Below are positions 51,428-61,918 of a DNA stretch of 64,000 nt, piece by piece; positions within the stretch are counted from its first letter, which is position 1; every line of letters begins with the position of its first letter. The position numbers and the translations under genes were made by a program. This stretch comes from Thalassotalea sp. (GTDB lineage: Bacteria; Pseudomonadota; Gammaproteobacteria; Enterobacterales; Alteromonadaceae): NCBI GenBank assembly GCA_029237915.1, contig JAQWHD010000042.1, positions 2,929 to 66,928 on the forward strand, read 5' to 3'. The notes under the pieces were generated by a model. That model was not told the origin of the DNA and searched no databases. It was given only the letters and a program-made list of their open reading frames with translations.

Positions 51428-54271
51428 ATGTATAGCAATAATAAACTTGCTAAAGCAGTTCGTCTTGCATTGGTTTTTAGTGCAACGGCAACAACTGGTA
51501 TTTCGGCAAACGCATTTGCAGCCGAAGAAGCTGTAGAAGAAGAAGTTGAACGTATTGAAGTAACCGGTTCACGTATCAAACGTACTGACCTTGAAGGTGC
51601 TTCACCTGTAACAGTTATGACAGCAGCAGATATGAAAATTGAAGGTAACTTCACTGTAGCTGATGCGTTACGTGGTTCTTCTTTTAACTCATTCGGTTCT
51701 TTCTCAGAACGTTCGGGTTCTTCAGCTCAATCACAAGCAACAGTTAACCTTCGTGGTGCTGGTTCTAACCGTACTCTAGTATTACTAGACGGTAAGCGTA
51801 TGCCTGGTTCACCTACATTAGGTGGTCAATCAGCTAACTTAAACGCAATTCCAATGGCTGCTGTTGAACGTATCGAAATCTTAACAGATGGTGCTTCTTC
51901 AACTTACGGTTCTGATGCTATTGCTGGTGTTGTTAACATCATCCTTAAAAAGAACTATGAAGGTTTAGAGTTTAACATTGGTTCTGGTCATCGTGACCAA
52001 GACGAAGGTCAAACATCTAAAGAATTCTCTGTGATCGGTGGTTACTCTACTGATAAAGGTAACATCACGTTCTCATTTGATCACCAGTCACGTAAAGGTA
52101 TTTCTGATGGTGCTCGTGATTACACTAAAGCAGTAATGCGCGGTGATGATCCACAAGCATACGTTGATACTGCCGGTTGGTCTATCTACGGTTCTAACGT
52201 TGCAGCTCCAGATTTCTCACAAGCTCAAGCATCTACTTCTTGTGATGCGAAAGTTGCACAGTATGGTTCTGATACGTTCCGTAAAGTTAAAGCTGACTTA
52301 GATTGGTCACCAGGCTCTACTTACTGTATGTACGCTTATGCAAACGTTTCTTACAACACTGCATCTGTTGACCGTAACACGGTATTTGTTGACGCTAACT
52401 ATGAAATCGCTGATGGCGTTGAATGGTTTGGTCGTGCAATGTTCGTACAAAATGAATCATTTGGTCGTTATGCTCCACCAGCTGCACCATGGCGTGGTAT
52501 GACTGCTGATAATCCTGAGAACCCTTACGGTGTTTCTGATGATGGTCTTGGTTTTGCTAACCCTAACACAACTGATGGCGCTGCTTGGTCTCCAATGTTT
52601 ACTGATAATGATGGCAATAGCCAGTATTATTCATACGATGCTGAAGGTGACCCAATTGAAAGTACCACACAAAAACTTGATGCAGATGGCAATCCAGAAT
52701 TTGATGACGAAGGCTTAGCTGTTTACCTTCCTGAAACTGGTGTGTTCGATGCGGATTATGCATACGCAACTACAACTGGTTACTACCGTTGGGCTGATAT
52801 CGGTACTCGTGATGGTAACATCAGCGATTACAACCAAGATTACCTAACTGGTCTTCGTGGTGAGTTAGATTGGAACAATGCTACGTGGGAAGTTTACTAC
52901 CACAGAAACGTTGCAGACAACAAGTCAGTTGGTGAGTACTACTTATCATACGGCGGTTTAGCATACAACAATGCAAACGGTATCGATTTAGCGTCTGAAA
53001 CTGGCGTTGCCAACATGAAAGCTACAACACTGCAAAATTCTGCATCAACATTCGATCAGTATAATGCGGGTATGGGTTTCGATTTATTTGAACTACCAGG
53101 TGGCGATGTAGCTCACTTCGTTGGTGCTGAATACATGGAAATTACTTTTGCTGATACTTATGACGGTCAATCTGAAGCTGGCCTTATCGGTGGTTCTGCT
53201 GGTAACTCTTCATCAGGCGAACGTGATATTACAGCATTCTTCTACGAAGCTGCATTACCTGTTACTGACTCAGTTGAAGTTAACTTAGCGGTTCGTTACG
53301 ATGATTACTCAGATTTCGGTGACAACACTGCTCCTAAAGCATCTGTTCGTTGGGAAATTCTTGATGGTCTTGTATTACGTGCATCATACTCAGAAGCATT
53401 CCGTGCTCCTGGTCTAGATGAGCTTAACGCTGCAACTACATTCTCTGCTGAATCAGCAATTGATTACGCTGGTTGTGAAGCTGCTGGTATCGCTCGTGGT
53501 GATTGTACTACTCAACAACACGATACATACTACAAGTCTAACCCAGATTTAGGTCCAGAAACTTCTGAGTACACTAACATCGGTGTTGCTTGGGATATTA
53601 CTGACAACATGGGCTTAAAATTTGATTACTTCCAATTATCAATTGAAGACGTAATCTCTACTAAATCAGTTCAATCATTATTAACTGATGAAGACCAAGG
53701 CGAAATTACTGCTGTTGCACCAGGTACTGATGTATCAGATGATACTTTCTACTTGATTCGTACAGGCGATGGTAAACTTCTTGAAGCTGGTACTGGTTAC
53801 TTCAACGGTGGTCAATTAGACATCGAAGGTCTTGATGTAACATACAATGCTGCTATCGAAACTGGTTTCGGTGACTTCCGTTTCAACATGATTAACTCTT
53901 TCATCCTTGAATACGGTGATGAGTTTGATTACGCAGGAACTGCTGGTGCTCCTGATCACAAAGCTAACGCTACTTTAGGTTGGTCTTTAGGTGACCATAG
54001 CTTAGCTTGGACTACACAATACACTGCATCTACTTCTGAAACTGATTCAGTAGTAAATGGTCGTTTAACTGAAGAAGGTGAATTAGAAGAGTGGATCATC
54101 CATCACTTCACATACATTTACGACGCAGGTAACTTTGGTGCACTAACCCTACAAGTGAATAACTTAACAGATGAAGATCCAGTATTATCTTCTGTTGGTA
54201 CTTGGAACGATGCTGACCTATACAACAACTACGGTCGTGATTACCGTGTAAGCTACAAAATTAAATTCTAA
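51428..54271 (+). CDS. TonB-dependent outer-membrane receptor
   Basis: Signal peptide, TonB box ERIEVTGSRI, plug NLRGAGSNRTLVLLDGKR...ERIEIL.DGASSTYGSDAIAGVVNII, C-terminal GRDYRVSYKIKF. Confidence 0.95.
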   Translation: MYSNNKLAKAVRLALVFSATATTGISANAFAAEEAVEEEVERIEVTGSRIKRTDLEGASPVTVMTAADMKIEGNFTVADALRGSSFNSFGSFSERSGSSAQSQATVNLRGAGSNRTLVLLDGKRMPGSPTLGGQSANLNAIPMAAVERIEILTDGASSTYGSDAIAGVVNIILKKNYEGLEFNIGSGHRDQDEGQTSKEFSVIGGYSTDKGNITFSFDHQSRKGISDGARDYTKAVMRGDDPQAYVDTAGWSIYGSNVAAPDFSQAQASTSCDAKVAQYGSDTFRKVKADLDWSPGSTYCMYAYANVSYNTASVDRNTVFVDANYEIADGVEWFGRAMFVQNESFGRYAPPAAPWRGMTADNPENPYGVSDDGLGFANPNTTDGAAWSPMFTDNDGNSQYYSYDAEGDPIESTTQKLDADGNPEFDDEGLAVYLPETGVFDADYAYATTTGYYRWADIGTRDGNISDYNQDYLTGLRGELDWNNATWEVYYHRNVADNKSVGEYYLSYGGLAYNNANGIDLASETGVANMKATTLQNSASTFDQYNAGMGFDLFELPGGDVAHFVGAEYMEITFADTYDGQSEAGLIGGSAGNSSSGERDITAFFYEAALPVTDSVEVNLAVRYDDYSDFGDNTAPKASVRWEILDGLVLRASYSEAFRAPGLDELNAATTFSAESAIDYAGCEAAGIARGDCTTQQHDTYYKSNPDLGPETSEYTNIGVAWDITDNMGLKFDYFQLSIEDVISTKSVQSLLTDEDQGEITAVAPGTDVSDDTFYLIRTGDGKLLEAGTGYFNGGQLDIEGLDVTYNAAIETGFGDFRFNMINSFILEYGDEFDYAGTAGAPDHKANATLGWSLGDHSLAWTTQYTASTSETDSVVNGRLTEEGELEEWIIHHFTYIYDAGNFGALTLQVNNLTDEDPVLSSVGTWNDADLYNNYGRDYRVSYKIKF

Positions 54272-54295
54272 GATTTAATTAACTAGCTTTATATT

Positions 54296-54324
54296 AAAAA
54301 GGTCGCTTTTAGCGGCCTTTTTTT
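54296..54324 (+). terminator. Terminator after the receptor gene
   Basis: aaaaaggtcgct-ttt-agcggcc plus T run. Confidence 0.85.
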
Positions 54325-54362
54325 ATTATATTAAGGTAATCGAAAAGCAGTAAGGACAAATA

Positions 54363-55286
54363 ATGAGTGACTATTGGAGCCAGTATTGGCGTCAGGGGCA
54401 TTTAACCTCTTTTGGAGAGGATATAGCAGACAATTACGAAGGAAGCCTTAAGAACGTTTGGCAAGGCCTTTTTACAGGCTTTAATGCACAAGATAGGGTA
54501 TTGGATATAGGTACGGGTAATGGTGCGTTAGTCTCTTTAATTCACAATGAACTAGAGGTTGCTAACTATCCGTATATTAGCGCAGTAGATCTTGCAGAAA
54601 TTAATGTTAATCAAGACGTAAAAGATAAATCAAGCAAGACCGAGTTTATCGATTATACTAACTGTGAGCAGTTACCTTTTGCACAGCAGAGTTTTTCCTA
54701 TGTAATTTCGCAATTTGGCATAGAGTACTCTAAATTAAGCCTCTCGCTTGCGCAAATAGCTAAGGTGTTAAAAATTGGCGGAAAATGTCAGTTTGTTTGC
54801 CATCATCCAGATTCTATTATCGTAAAACCTAATGTTGCAATTCTAAAGGCATCTATTGACTTGCGTTCAAGTAAAGGCGGGTTTACGCTCTTGCAAGAAT
54901 TGTTAGTTGAGCTATATAAAAATGGCCGTGGTAGTCCTAAGTCGGAAAAGCTTAGAGCAAAGTTAAATAAATATATTGGCACCAATATAGAAAAAAATAA
55001 TGAAGCATTTCAAGCGACTAATTTTCCTTTACTGGTGAAAACCATATTTCAGCAGATGAATGATAAGTTACTTCAGCAAAAGATCATTGCACAATTTAAA
55101 CAAGAGTTAGCTGGCTCAATAGAGCGTTTAAGTGACTTAAGTAGGGCAGCTTTAAGTAAAGATAAGCTCAATACAATTAAAGCTTGTTGTAGCAAGTTAG
55201 GGTTAGAAATTGAAAATATCTCTACGGTATATGACGAACAAGATCAAATCTTAGCGACTAAAATAAACCTAATAAGTAATAACTAA
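54363..55286 (+). CDS. Class I SAM-dependent methyltransferase, substrate unknown
   Basis: Motif I VLDIGTGNG, acidic AVDLA, EQLPF..QSFSYVISQFGIEY, VLKIGG. Confidence 0.88.
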   Translation: MSDYWSQYWRQGHLTSFGEDIADNYEGSLKNVWQGLFTGFNAQDRVLDIGTGNGALVSLIHNELEVANYPYISAVDLAEINVNQDVKDKSSKTEFIDYTNCEQLPFAQQSFSYVISQFGIEYSKLSLSLAQIAKVLKIGGKCQFVCHHPDSIIVKPNVAILKASIDLRSSKGGFTLLQELLVELYKNGRGSPKSEKLRAKLNKYIGTNIEKNNEAFQATNFPLLVKTIFQQMNDKLLQQKIIAQFKQELAGSIERLSDLSRAALSKDKLNTIKACCSKLGLEIENISTVYDEQDQILATKINLISNN

Positions 55287-55763
55287 TAAGCTCGCTAGGT
55301 TAGTGTAATTGATTAACATTATTTTTACAGGTAGATAGTATGGATTTTGGTCTATAGATTTGTAACTTTGATTGTTACAAATCAGATAACATTTTATGTT
55401 TGACTTATTAGTGGATAATGTAGAAAAATGTAACTCGATTACACCTAGTTGTAGTTTTACGTTAACTGGTTAAATTTCATCCGAGATCGATGTTTTTTCA
55501 CTAATATGTCATCTAATACAGTAAAATGGTTTGACTTTAGCCCGCAGCTATTGTCTTATATGGAGCTGTCTTTTTATGAAAAACGGAATAAAATGACAGT
55601 TTTGATAATTTTTTGAGTTCAAATGTAACTCAAGAGTTAACAAAATTGTATTTTTATCAATAACAACTTAAAGCATTGTTTTTTGTTGTATAGAAAAGCA
55701 AAATGCAGGGCCGAGAAGTTTTCTAAGTCTCGGTAAAAGTTAAATAGCAATTGGTTGGGAACT

Positions 55764-56546
55764 ATGTCCAAAATAAGCAAAAAAAGCCTTATCGCAACGA
55801 CGATTATAGGCGCGTTAGCTTTAGCAGGAAGCAATATCGCTTCAGCTACAAGCCTTAACGACCTTCACAAAGGTGAAGCTACGATTTTCAAAGCTTCAGC
55901 TAAATCTCAAGAAAAAATCAATAACATCTTCGAGCAATCTCAGGAATTATTAGCTGAGTATCGCCAAGTTGTTGACGAAACTGAAAACTTGAAAGTGTAC
56001 AACGATCACGTTCAACGTTTAGTTAACGATCAACAAAAAGGTATTGATTCTTTAGTACGCCAAATCGGCACAATCGAAAATACTAAAAAAGGTGTTGTGC
56101 CTTTAATGTATAAAATGATTGCTTCTTTAGAAGAATTCATTGCTGCAGATATCCCGGTAAACTTATCTGACCGTACAGAGCGCATTGACCGTCTTAAAGA
56201 TGTAATGTCTCGTCAAGGTATCTCGGTTGCTGAGCAATTCCGTTTAGTACTTGAAGCATACGACATTGAAACTGGTTACGGTTCTATGTTTGGTGCATAC
56301 CAAGGTGAACTAGAATTTGAAGGCCAAAACATCACTGTAGATTTCGTACACATGGGTCGTACAGTACTAGTTGCACAATCTCTAGATTTAAAAAATGCTT
56401 GGATCTGGGATAACGATTCTCGCTCTTGGTTAGCTTTAGGTGACGAATACCTAAGCCCAACTACTAAAGCAGTACGTATGGCACGTAAACAAACTGCTCC
56501 TGATTTAATTAAGTTACCTGTATATGCTGCGGGGGCTGGTGAATAA
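55764..56546 (+). CDS. DUF3450 family protein (TtpB-like)
   Basis: Signal peptide, coiled coil, VPLMYKMI..LEEFIAAD.P, GRTVLVAQS; first gene of the TonB operon. Confidence 0.85.
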   Translation: MSKISKKSLIATTIIGALALAGSNIASATSLNDLHKGEATIFKASAKSQEKINNIFEQSQELLAEYRQVVDETENLKVYNDHVQRLVNDQQKGIDSLVRQIGTIENTKKGVVPLMYKMIASLEEFIAADIPVNLSDRTERIDRLKDVMSRQGISVAEQFRLVLEAYDIETGYGSMFGAYQGELEFEGQNITVDFVHMGRTVLVAQSLDLKNAWIWDNDSRSWLALGDEYLSPTTKAVRMARKQTAPDLIKLPVYAAGAGE

Positions 56547-57901
56547 TGAATAAATTTATTAAATCTGTAGCTATTGCTGCAACATTTGCGTTAACAGCTG
56601 GTATTTCTACAAATGCTGCTGCGAACGAATTAGACGACTTACTTAAGCAAATTAAAGCTGATCGTGTATCAGTTGCTAAGTTAGACAAAAAACGTGAACA
56701 AGAATTCTTATCTGCTAAAGCAGACAAGCAAGCTCTTGTTAAAAAAGCAAATGCCGAGTTATCTGCTGAACAAGCTCGTAACAAGCGTTTAACAAAACAG
56801 TTTGCTGACAACGAAACTATGCTTACAACTAAAGAAGCTGAGCTACAAGCTGCTTCTGGTGATTTAGGTGAAATGTTTGGTGTTGTACGTCGCGCATCTG
56901 GTAACGCTTACGGTGCAATTGCAACGTCAATCGTTAGTGCACAGTACCCAGGTCGTCACGAAACTCTTGATAAACTTGCTAATGCTAAAGAAATTCCAGC
57001 ATTAAACGAGTTAGAAGAACTTTGGTTTGCAATGCAAACTGAAATGACTGAATCTGGCAAAGTTGCTACATTCGAAGCTGAAGTTACTCAATTAGACGGC
57101 TCTAAGTCTTCTCAGTCGGTAACTCGTATCGGTTCATTTAACCTTATCTCTGCGCAAGGTTACTTAAACTACAACGATGATGCTGGTCAAATTCAACCAT
57201 TAGGTAAGCAACCAGACGGTTCTATCGTTGGTGAAGTTTCTTCATTCTTATCAATTTCAAGTGGTTTTGCACCTCTATACCTAGATCCTTCAAAAGGTTC
57301 AATTCTTAACTTAGAAACGCAAAAAGCTACGTTAGAAGAACGTTTCCACCAAGGTGGTACAGTTGGTTATGTAATCGCTGGTGTTCTTATCTTCGGTCTA
57401 TTGATTGCAATCGAACGTTTAGTATTCTTATTCTTAGTTGGTGGCAAAATTAAAGCACAACTTAAGAACACTGCTAACCCAAGTGCAAACAACCCTCTAG
57501 GTCGTTTACTACAAGTTTACCAGGACAACAAAACTGTTGATGCTGAAACTCTTGAACTTAAACTAGACGAAGCTATCTTACGTGAAACGCCGAAAATCGA
57601 ACGTGGTATTAACATCATCAAGATTTTAGCTGCTATCGCTCCGCTATTAGGTCTATTAGGTACAGTTGTTGGTATGATCGGTACATTCCAATCTATCACT
57701 CTATACGGTACTGGTGACCCTAAAATCATGGCTGGCGATATCTCAATGGCACTTGTAACAACAGCACAAGGTCTAATTGCTGCATTACCTCTAATCTTAG
57801 TACATTCAGTTGTAGCAAGTCGCGGTAAATCAATCTTCCACATCCTTGATGAGCAAAGCGCAGGTATTGTCGCTTCGATCGCCGAGCAGGAGAAACAGTA
57901 A
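56546..57901 (+). CDS. Long MotA/TolQ/ExbB family protein (TtpC-like)
   Basis: Signal peptide, periplasmic coiled coil, C-terminal APLLGLLGTVVGMI..F...ISMALVTTAQGL. Confidence 0.9.
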   Translation: MNKFIKSVAIAATFALTAGISTNAAANELDDLLKQIKADRVSVAKLDKKREQEFLSAKADKQALVKKANAELSAEQARNKRLTKQFADNETMLTTKEAELQAASGDLGEMFGVVRRASGNAYGAIATSIVSAQYPGRHETLDKLANAKEIPALNELEELWFAMQTEMTESGKVATFEAEVTQLDGSKSSQSVTRIGSFNLISAQGYLNYNDDAGQIQPLGKQPDGSIVGEVSSFLSISSGFAPLYLDPSKGSILNLETQKATLEERFHQGGTVGYVIAGVLIFGLLIAIERLVFLFLVGGKIKAQLKNTANPSANNPLGRLLQVYQDNKTVDAETLELKLDEAILRETPKIERGINIIKILAAIAPLLGLLGTVVGMIGTFQSITLYGTGDPKIMAGDISMALVTTAQGLIAALPLILVHSVVASRGKSIFHILDEQSAGIVASIAEQEKQ

Positions 57902-58425
57902 TGATTTACCTGATAGAGCTTTGGGAATCTGTCAGGGAATTTATTGCCACGGGCGGTGGCGTATTATACTTCGTCGCCTTGGCTCTCTTCTTAATGTGGA
58001 TATTAATGATTGAGAAGTTTTGGTTCTTATCATCGGTTTACCCAAAAGTTAAGCAAGACGTTATTGCTAAATGGGAAGCTCGACAAGACACTACTTCTTG
58101 GTATGCTCACAGAATTAGAGATACATGGATTTCTGAAGCGACAGAGATATTAGACTCGCGCATGTTAACAATTAAAACATTGGTAGCTATGTGTCCACTT
58201 ATCGGCCTTTTAGGTACTGTAACAGGTATGATCGCAGTATTTGAAATTATGGCTGTACAAGGTACAGGTAACCCACGCTTAATGGCAGCGGGTATCTCGA
58301 TGGCAACAATTCCTACAATGGCAGGTATGGTTGCAGCACTATCTGGAGTATTTTTTAGCTCTAGATTGGACGCAAAAGTTAAAATGGCAAAGGCTAAGCT
58401 AGTTGATAGCTTACCTCATCACTAG
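57901..58425 (+). CDS. exbB: ExbB proton channel
   Basis: CPLIGLLGTVTGMI..F, AAGISMATIPTMAG. Confidence 0.9.
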   Translation: MIYLIELWESVREFIATGGGVLYFVALALFLMWILMIEKFWFLSSVYPKVKQDVIAKWEARQDTTSWYAHRIRDTWISEATEILDSRMLTIKTLVAMCPLIGLLGTVTGMIAVFEIMAVQGTGNPRLMAAGISMATIPTMAGMVAALSGVFFSSRLDAKVKMAKAKLVDSLPHH

Positions 58426-58437
58426 AGAGATTTTCTA

Positions 58438-58842
58438 ATGGCTCGTAAAAATAAACGTGAAGACGAAGAAGCAGCAATTGATATGACACCGATGTTAGAT
58501 ATCGTGTTTATCATGCTTATCTTCTTTATTGTTACCACTTCATTCGTAAAAGAAGCTGGTATCGATGTGCAAAAGCCTAAAGCGGCTAATGCAAGTAAAA
58601 AACCATCAGCGAATATCTTTATTGCTATTCGTGAGAATGGCGAAATTTGGATGGACAAGCGCGCAGTAGACGTTGAACGTGTTTCTGCTAACCTTGAGAA
58701 GCTGTTAGCTGAACAACCAACCGACATCGTTATTATCCAAGCTGACAAAGGCGCTAAACATGGCGTAGTTGTTAAAGTTATGGATGCAATTAAGGATGCA
58801 GGAATCGATAAGATTTCTATTGCTGCAGCGTCGGGTAATTAA
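58438..58842 (+). CDS. exbD: ExbD
   Basis: IDMTPMLDIVFIMLIFFIVTTSF. Confidence 0.95.
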   Translation: MARKNKREDEEAAIDMTPMLDIVFIMLIFFIVTTSFVKEAGIDVQKPKAANASKKPSANIFIAIRENGEIWMDKRAVDVERVSANLEKLLAEQPTDIVIIQADKGAKHGVVVKVMDAIKDAGIDKISIAAASGN

Positions 58843-58844
58843 TT

Positions 58845-59471
58845 ATGGTTCGCTTTTTAGTATCAATACTATTGGGCGTTGCTGTAACATTTGGTTTGTT
58901 TGTCTTTATGGCATTCTTGATTTCAGGTGGTGCAAAACGTAACGATAATTCTGATGAGCAGATCATCATTGATATCGTTTCAACACCGCCAAAATCAAAT
59001 GTACAAGAACGCAGACGTGTGCCACCACCGCCGCCGCCGCCGCCGAAAACACCACCGAAGCCACAAGCTCCGGAACCGGAAATGAGTAATGACAACGCAG
59101 GTATGACATTCAACGTTCCAGGTGTACAAATTTCAGGCGCGTCAGCAGGTATGGATGCACCCGGTGCAGGTTTTGGTAAAGACGGTGAAGCAACACCTAT
59201 CGTCCGTATCGAACCTAAGTACCCGATACAAGCAGCACGCGATGGTAAAGAAGGTTGGGTTCAACTTAGCTTTTCAATCAACGCAATCGGTGGGGTTGAA
59301 GACGTTAAAGTTATTAACGCTAAACCTAAACGTATTTTCGATAAAGAAGCCAAACGTGCGCTTCGTAAATGGAAATACAAACCGAAAGTTGTTGATGGCA
59401 AAGCTATCGTTCAAACTGGCTTAACAGTACAATTAGACTTTAAGATGAACCAAGATGGAGGAGCTCAATAA
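58845..59471 (+). CDS. tonB: Energy transducer TonB
   Basis: N-terminal TM, poly-Pro linker, PKYPIQAARDGKEGWV, ALRKWKYKP. Confidence 0.95.
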   Translation: MVRFLVSILLGVAVTFGLFVFMAFLISGGAKRNDNSDEQIIIDIVSTPPKSNVQERRRVPPPPPPPPKTPPKPQAPEPEMSNDNAGMTFNVPGVQISGASAGMDAPGAGFGKDGEATPIVRIEPKYPIQAARDGKEGWVQLSFSINAIGGVEDVKVINAKPKRIFDKEAKRALRKWKYKPKVVDGKAIVQTGLTVQLDFKMNQDGGAQ

Positions 59472-60733
59472 TGTTGAAAAAATTAATCAGTTCTTCAATC
59501 ATGGTAGCTTTTGTGGCAACAGCAACGTTGCCAGTAACATCAACTGCATTTGCAGCCGATGACGCACCAAAAGCACAGAAGAAGAAAAAGCGTACTAAAA
59601 TTGTTGGTCCATCTGTAGGTAAGAAAGTTGGTAAAGCTTTCACTGCCTATTCTGAAGATCGCATCGATGAAGCTATTCAAATATTAGCTGAAATCGAAAC
59701 AAGTAAAGAGTATGACCGAGCATACGTAGACCGCTTTTTAGCGAATATGTACGCAACTAAAGGTGGCGCCGATTCTAAAAAGGCGATTACTCTTCTTGAA
59801 AAAGCGACTAAAGTTGAAGTTCTAAACGAAAAAGAGCATTCAGATTCTATTAAGCTTCTTGCTGATTTACAGATGCAAGATAAACAATATGAAAATGCTC
59901 TTAAGAACTACGCAGCTTGGATGAAAGCGACTGGTGAAGAAGACGCAAATACGTATGTTAAAATTGCACAAGCGCATTACTCGCTTAAGCAGTTGGATAA
60001 AATGATCGCTCCATCAGATAAAGCAATTGCTTTGTTTAAAGAGCCAAATCAAAATCCTTACATACTTAAATTAACGTCTTACTATGAACGTAAACAGTAT
60101 AAAAGTGCGGTAAAAGTGTTAGAGGAAGTACTTGTATTATTCCCTGAGAATAAGCAATGGTGGACTCAATTAGGTATGTTCTACATGTTAGTAGAAGATT
60201 ACCCTAAAGCTCTTTACACACTAGACTTGGCTTACAAGCAAGGTTACTTAGTTAAAGAAACTGAGATCAAAACCTTAGCTAACTTATATGCAACTAACGA
60301 TGTTCCATATAAATCAGCCAGGTTACTGGAAAAGTACATAGACAGCGGTTTAATTGCTCGCACAGACACTAACTTATTTACTATGGCTAATGCTTTCCAT
60401 GCATCGCAAGATGCTAAAAAAGCGGCTAAATATTTTGGTGAAACGGCGAAATTGTCAAACAACCCTAAGCACTATCGTCGTCAAGGTATGCTTTTACAGC
60501 AAGACGAACAGTACGATGCTGCAACGGTTGCCTTGCAAAAAGCAATTGACTTAGGTGTTGAAAATCCTGGTCGTGTTTATATGACTCTAGCAGAAGCTTA
60601 CTTCTACCAAGAGAAATACAAACAAGCGACAGTAGCGATTAAAAAAGCACAAGCTGATCCTAAAACCAAGAAGGCAGCACGCGCTTGGGCCTCTTACATC
60701 CGCGATACCGCAGAGCGTAAGAAAAAGCTTTAG
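59471..60733 (+). CDS. Periplasmic TPR protein (TtpD-like)
   Basis: Signal peptide and repeated TPR-like helices; last gene of the operon. Confidence 0.85.
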   Translation: MLKKLISSSIMVAFVATATLPVTSTAFAADDAPKAQKKKKRTKIVGPSVGKKVGKAFTAYSEDRIDEAIQILAEIETSKEYDRAYVDRFLANMYATKGGADSKKAITLLEKATKVEVLNEKEHSDSIKLLADLQMQDKQYENALKNYAAWMKATGEEDANTYVKIAQAHYSLKQLDKMIAPSDKAIALFKEPNQNPYILKLTSYYERKQYKSAVKVLEEVLVLFPENKQWWTQLGMFYMLVEDYPKALYTLDLAYKQGYLVKETEIKTLANLYATNDVPYKSARLLEKYIDSGLIARTDTNLFTMANAFHASQDAKKAAKYFGETAKLSNNPKHYRRQGMLLQQDEQYDAATVALQKAIDLGVENPGRVYMTLAEAYFYQEKYKQATVAIKKAQADPKTKKAARAWASYIRDTAERKKKL

Positions 60734-60753
60734 TCTTAGCTTTATAACTTCTT

Positions 60754-60782
60754 AAAAAACCAGCCAGTAGGCTGGTTTTTTT
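60754..60782 (+). terminator. Terminator after the TonB operon
   Basis: aaaaaaccagcc-agta-ggctggttttttt. Confidence 0.85.
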
Positions 60783-60946
60783 ATAACTAAATTTTATTAA
60801 AACGTACAATGGTAAAGCTTTTAGTTATATCCTATAGTTAATTAGCACATTAAATTAGCCTAACTATAATAGAGTTACGGTCGATTCTGTGTAAAAATAG
60901 GCAACATAAAGTTTTAATAATTTTAACTCTAATAAACGGTTATTCA

Positions 60947-61846
60947 ATGAATTTAACTCATTTAAAACAGCTCGAAGCTGAATCTATTCATATCATTCGC
61001 GAAGTTGCAGCTGAGTTTGACAACCCTGTAATGCTTTACTCTGTAGGTAAAGACTCGGCAGTAATGCTGCACCTTACCATGAAAGCATTTTTCCCTGCTA
61101 AACCGCCATTTCCTTTAATGCATGTAGATACCACATGGAAGTTTAAAGAAATGATAGCCTTTCGCGATGTTGCCGCCAAAAAATATGGCATGGACTTAAT
61201 TGTTCATACCAATGAAGAAGGCCGCGCAGCCGGCATGAATCCATTTGATCATGGTAGTTCAAAATTTACTGATGTAATGAAAACTCAAGGTTTAAAACAA
61301 GCGCTTGATAAACATCAGTTCGACGCCGCCTTTGGTGGTGCACGCCGCGATGAAGAAAAGTCTCGTGCAAAAGAGCGTATTTACTCGTTCCGTGATAAAA
61401 ATCACCGTTGGGATCCAAAGTTCCAACGCCCAGAACTATGGAATACCTATAATGGTAAAGTAAATAAAGGCGAAAGCATTCGTGTTTTCCCTCTTTCAAA
61501 CTGGACCGAGCTTGATATTTGGCAGTACATCCATTTAGAAAATATCGAAATTGTACCTTTATACCTTTCAGCCGTTCGACCTGTGGTTGAGCGCGATGGC
61601 ACCTTAATTATGGTTGATGATGACCGTATGCCATTAAGAGAAGGTGAAGTACCAATGCAAAAAATGGTGCGTTTTAGAACCTTAGGTGATTACCCACTTA
61701 CTGGTGCGGTAGAATCAGAAGCGACTACATTACCAGAAGTTATCCAAGAAATGTTGTTAACCAAAACCTCCGAGCGACAAGGTCGCATGATTGACCATGA
61801 TTCGTCTGGCTCAATGGAGAAAAAGAAAATGGAAGGTTACTTCTAA
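60947..61846 (+). CDS. cysD: Sulfate adenylyltransferase subunit 2
   Basis: [30 protein letters not shown]. Confidence 0.97.
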   Translation: MNLTHLKQLEAESIHIIREVAAEFDNPVMLYSVGKDSAVMLHLTMKAFFPAKPPFPLMHVDTTWKFKEMIAFRDVAAKKYGMDLIVHTNEEGRAAGMNPFDHGSSKFTDVMKTQGLKQALDKHQFDAAFGGARRDEEKSRAKERIYSFRDKNHRWDPKFQRPELWNTYNGKVNKGESIRVFPLSNWTELDIWQYIHLENIEIVPLYLSAVRPVVERDGTLIMVDDDRMPLREGEVPMQKMVRFRTLGDYPLTGAVESEATTLPEVIQEMLLTKTSERQGRMIDHDSSGSMEKKKMEGYF

Positions 61847-61918
61847 GCTAATTAGAAACTAACAACAATAAAATACCAAAACTAAGATACCAATTCGAAT
61901 ACAAACTTGGGTATAAAC

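Noticed and set aside
59028-59046. (CCG)n-like repeat in tonB
   Set aside because: Encodes the normal poly-proline linker of TonB.
61872-61914. Two ATACCAA motifs and TTGGGTAT between cysD and cysN
   Set aside because: Better read as degenerate 7-mer periodicity; it does not form a clean terminal inverted repeat pair.
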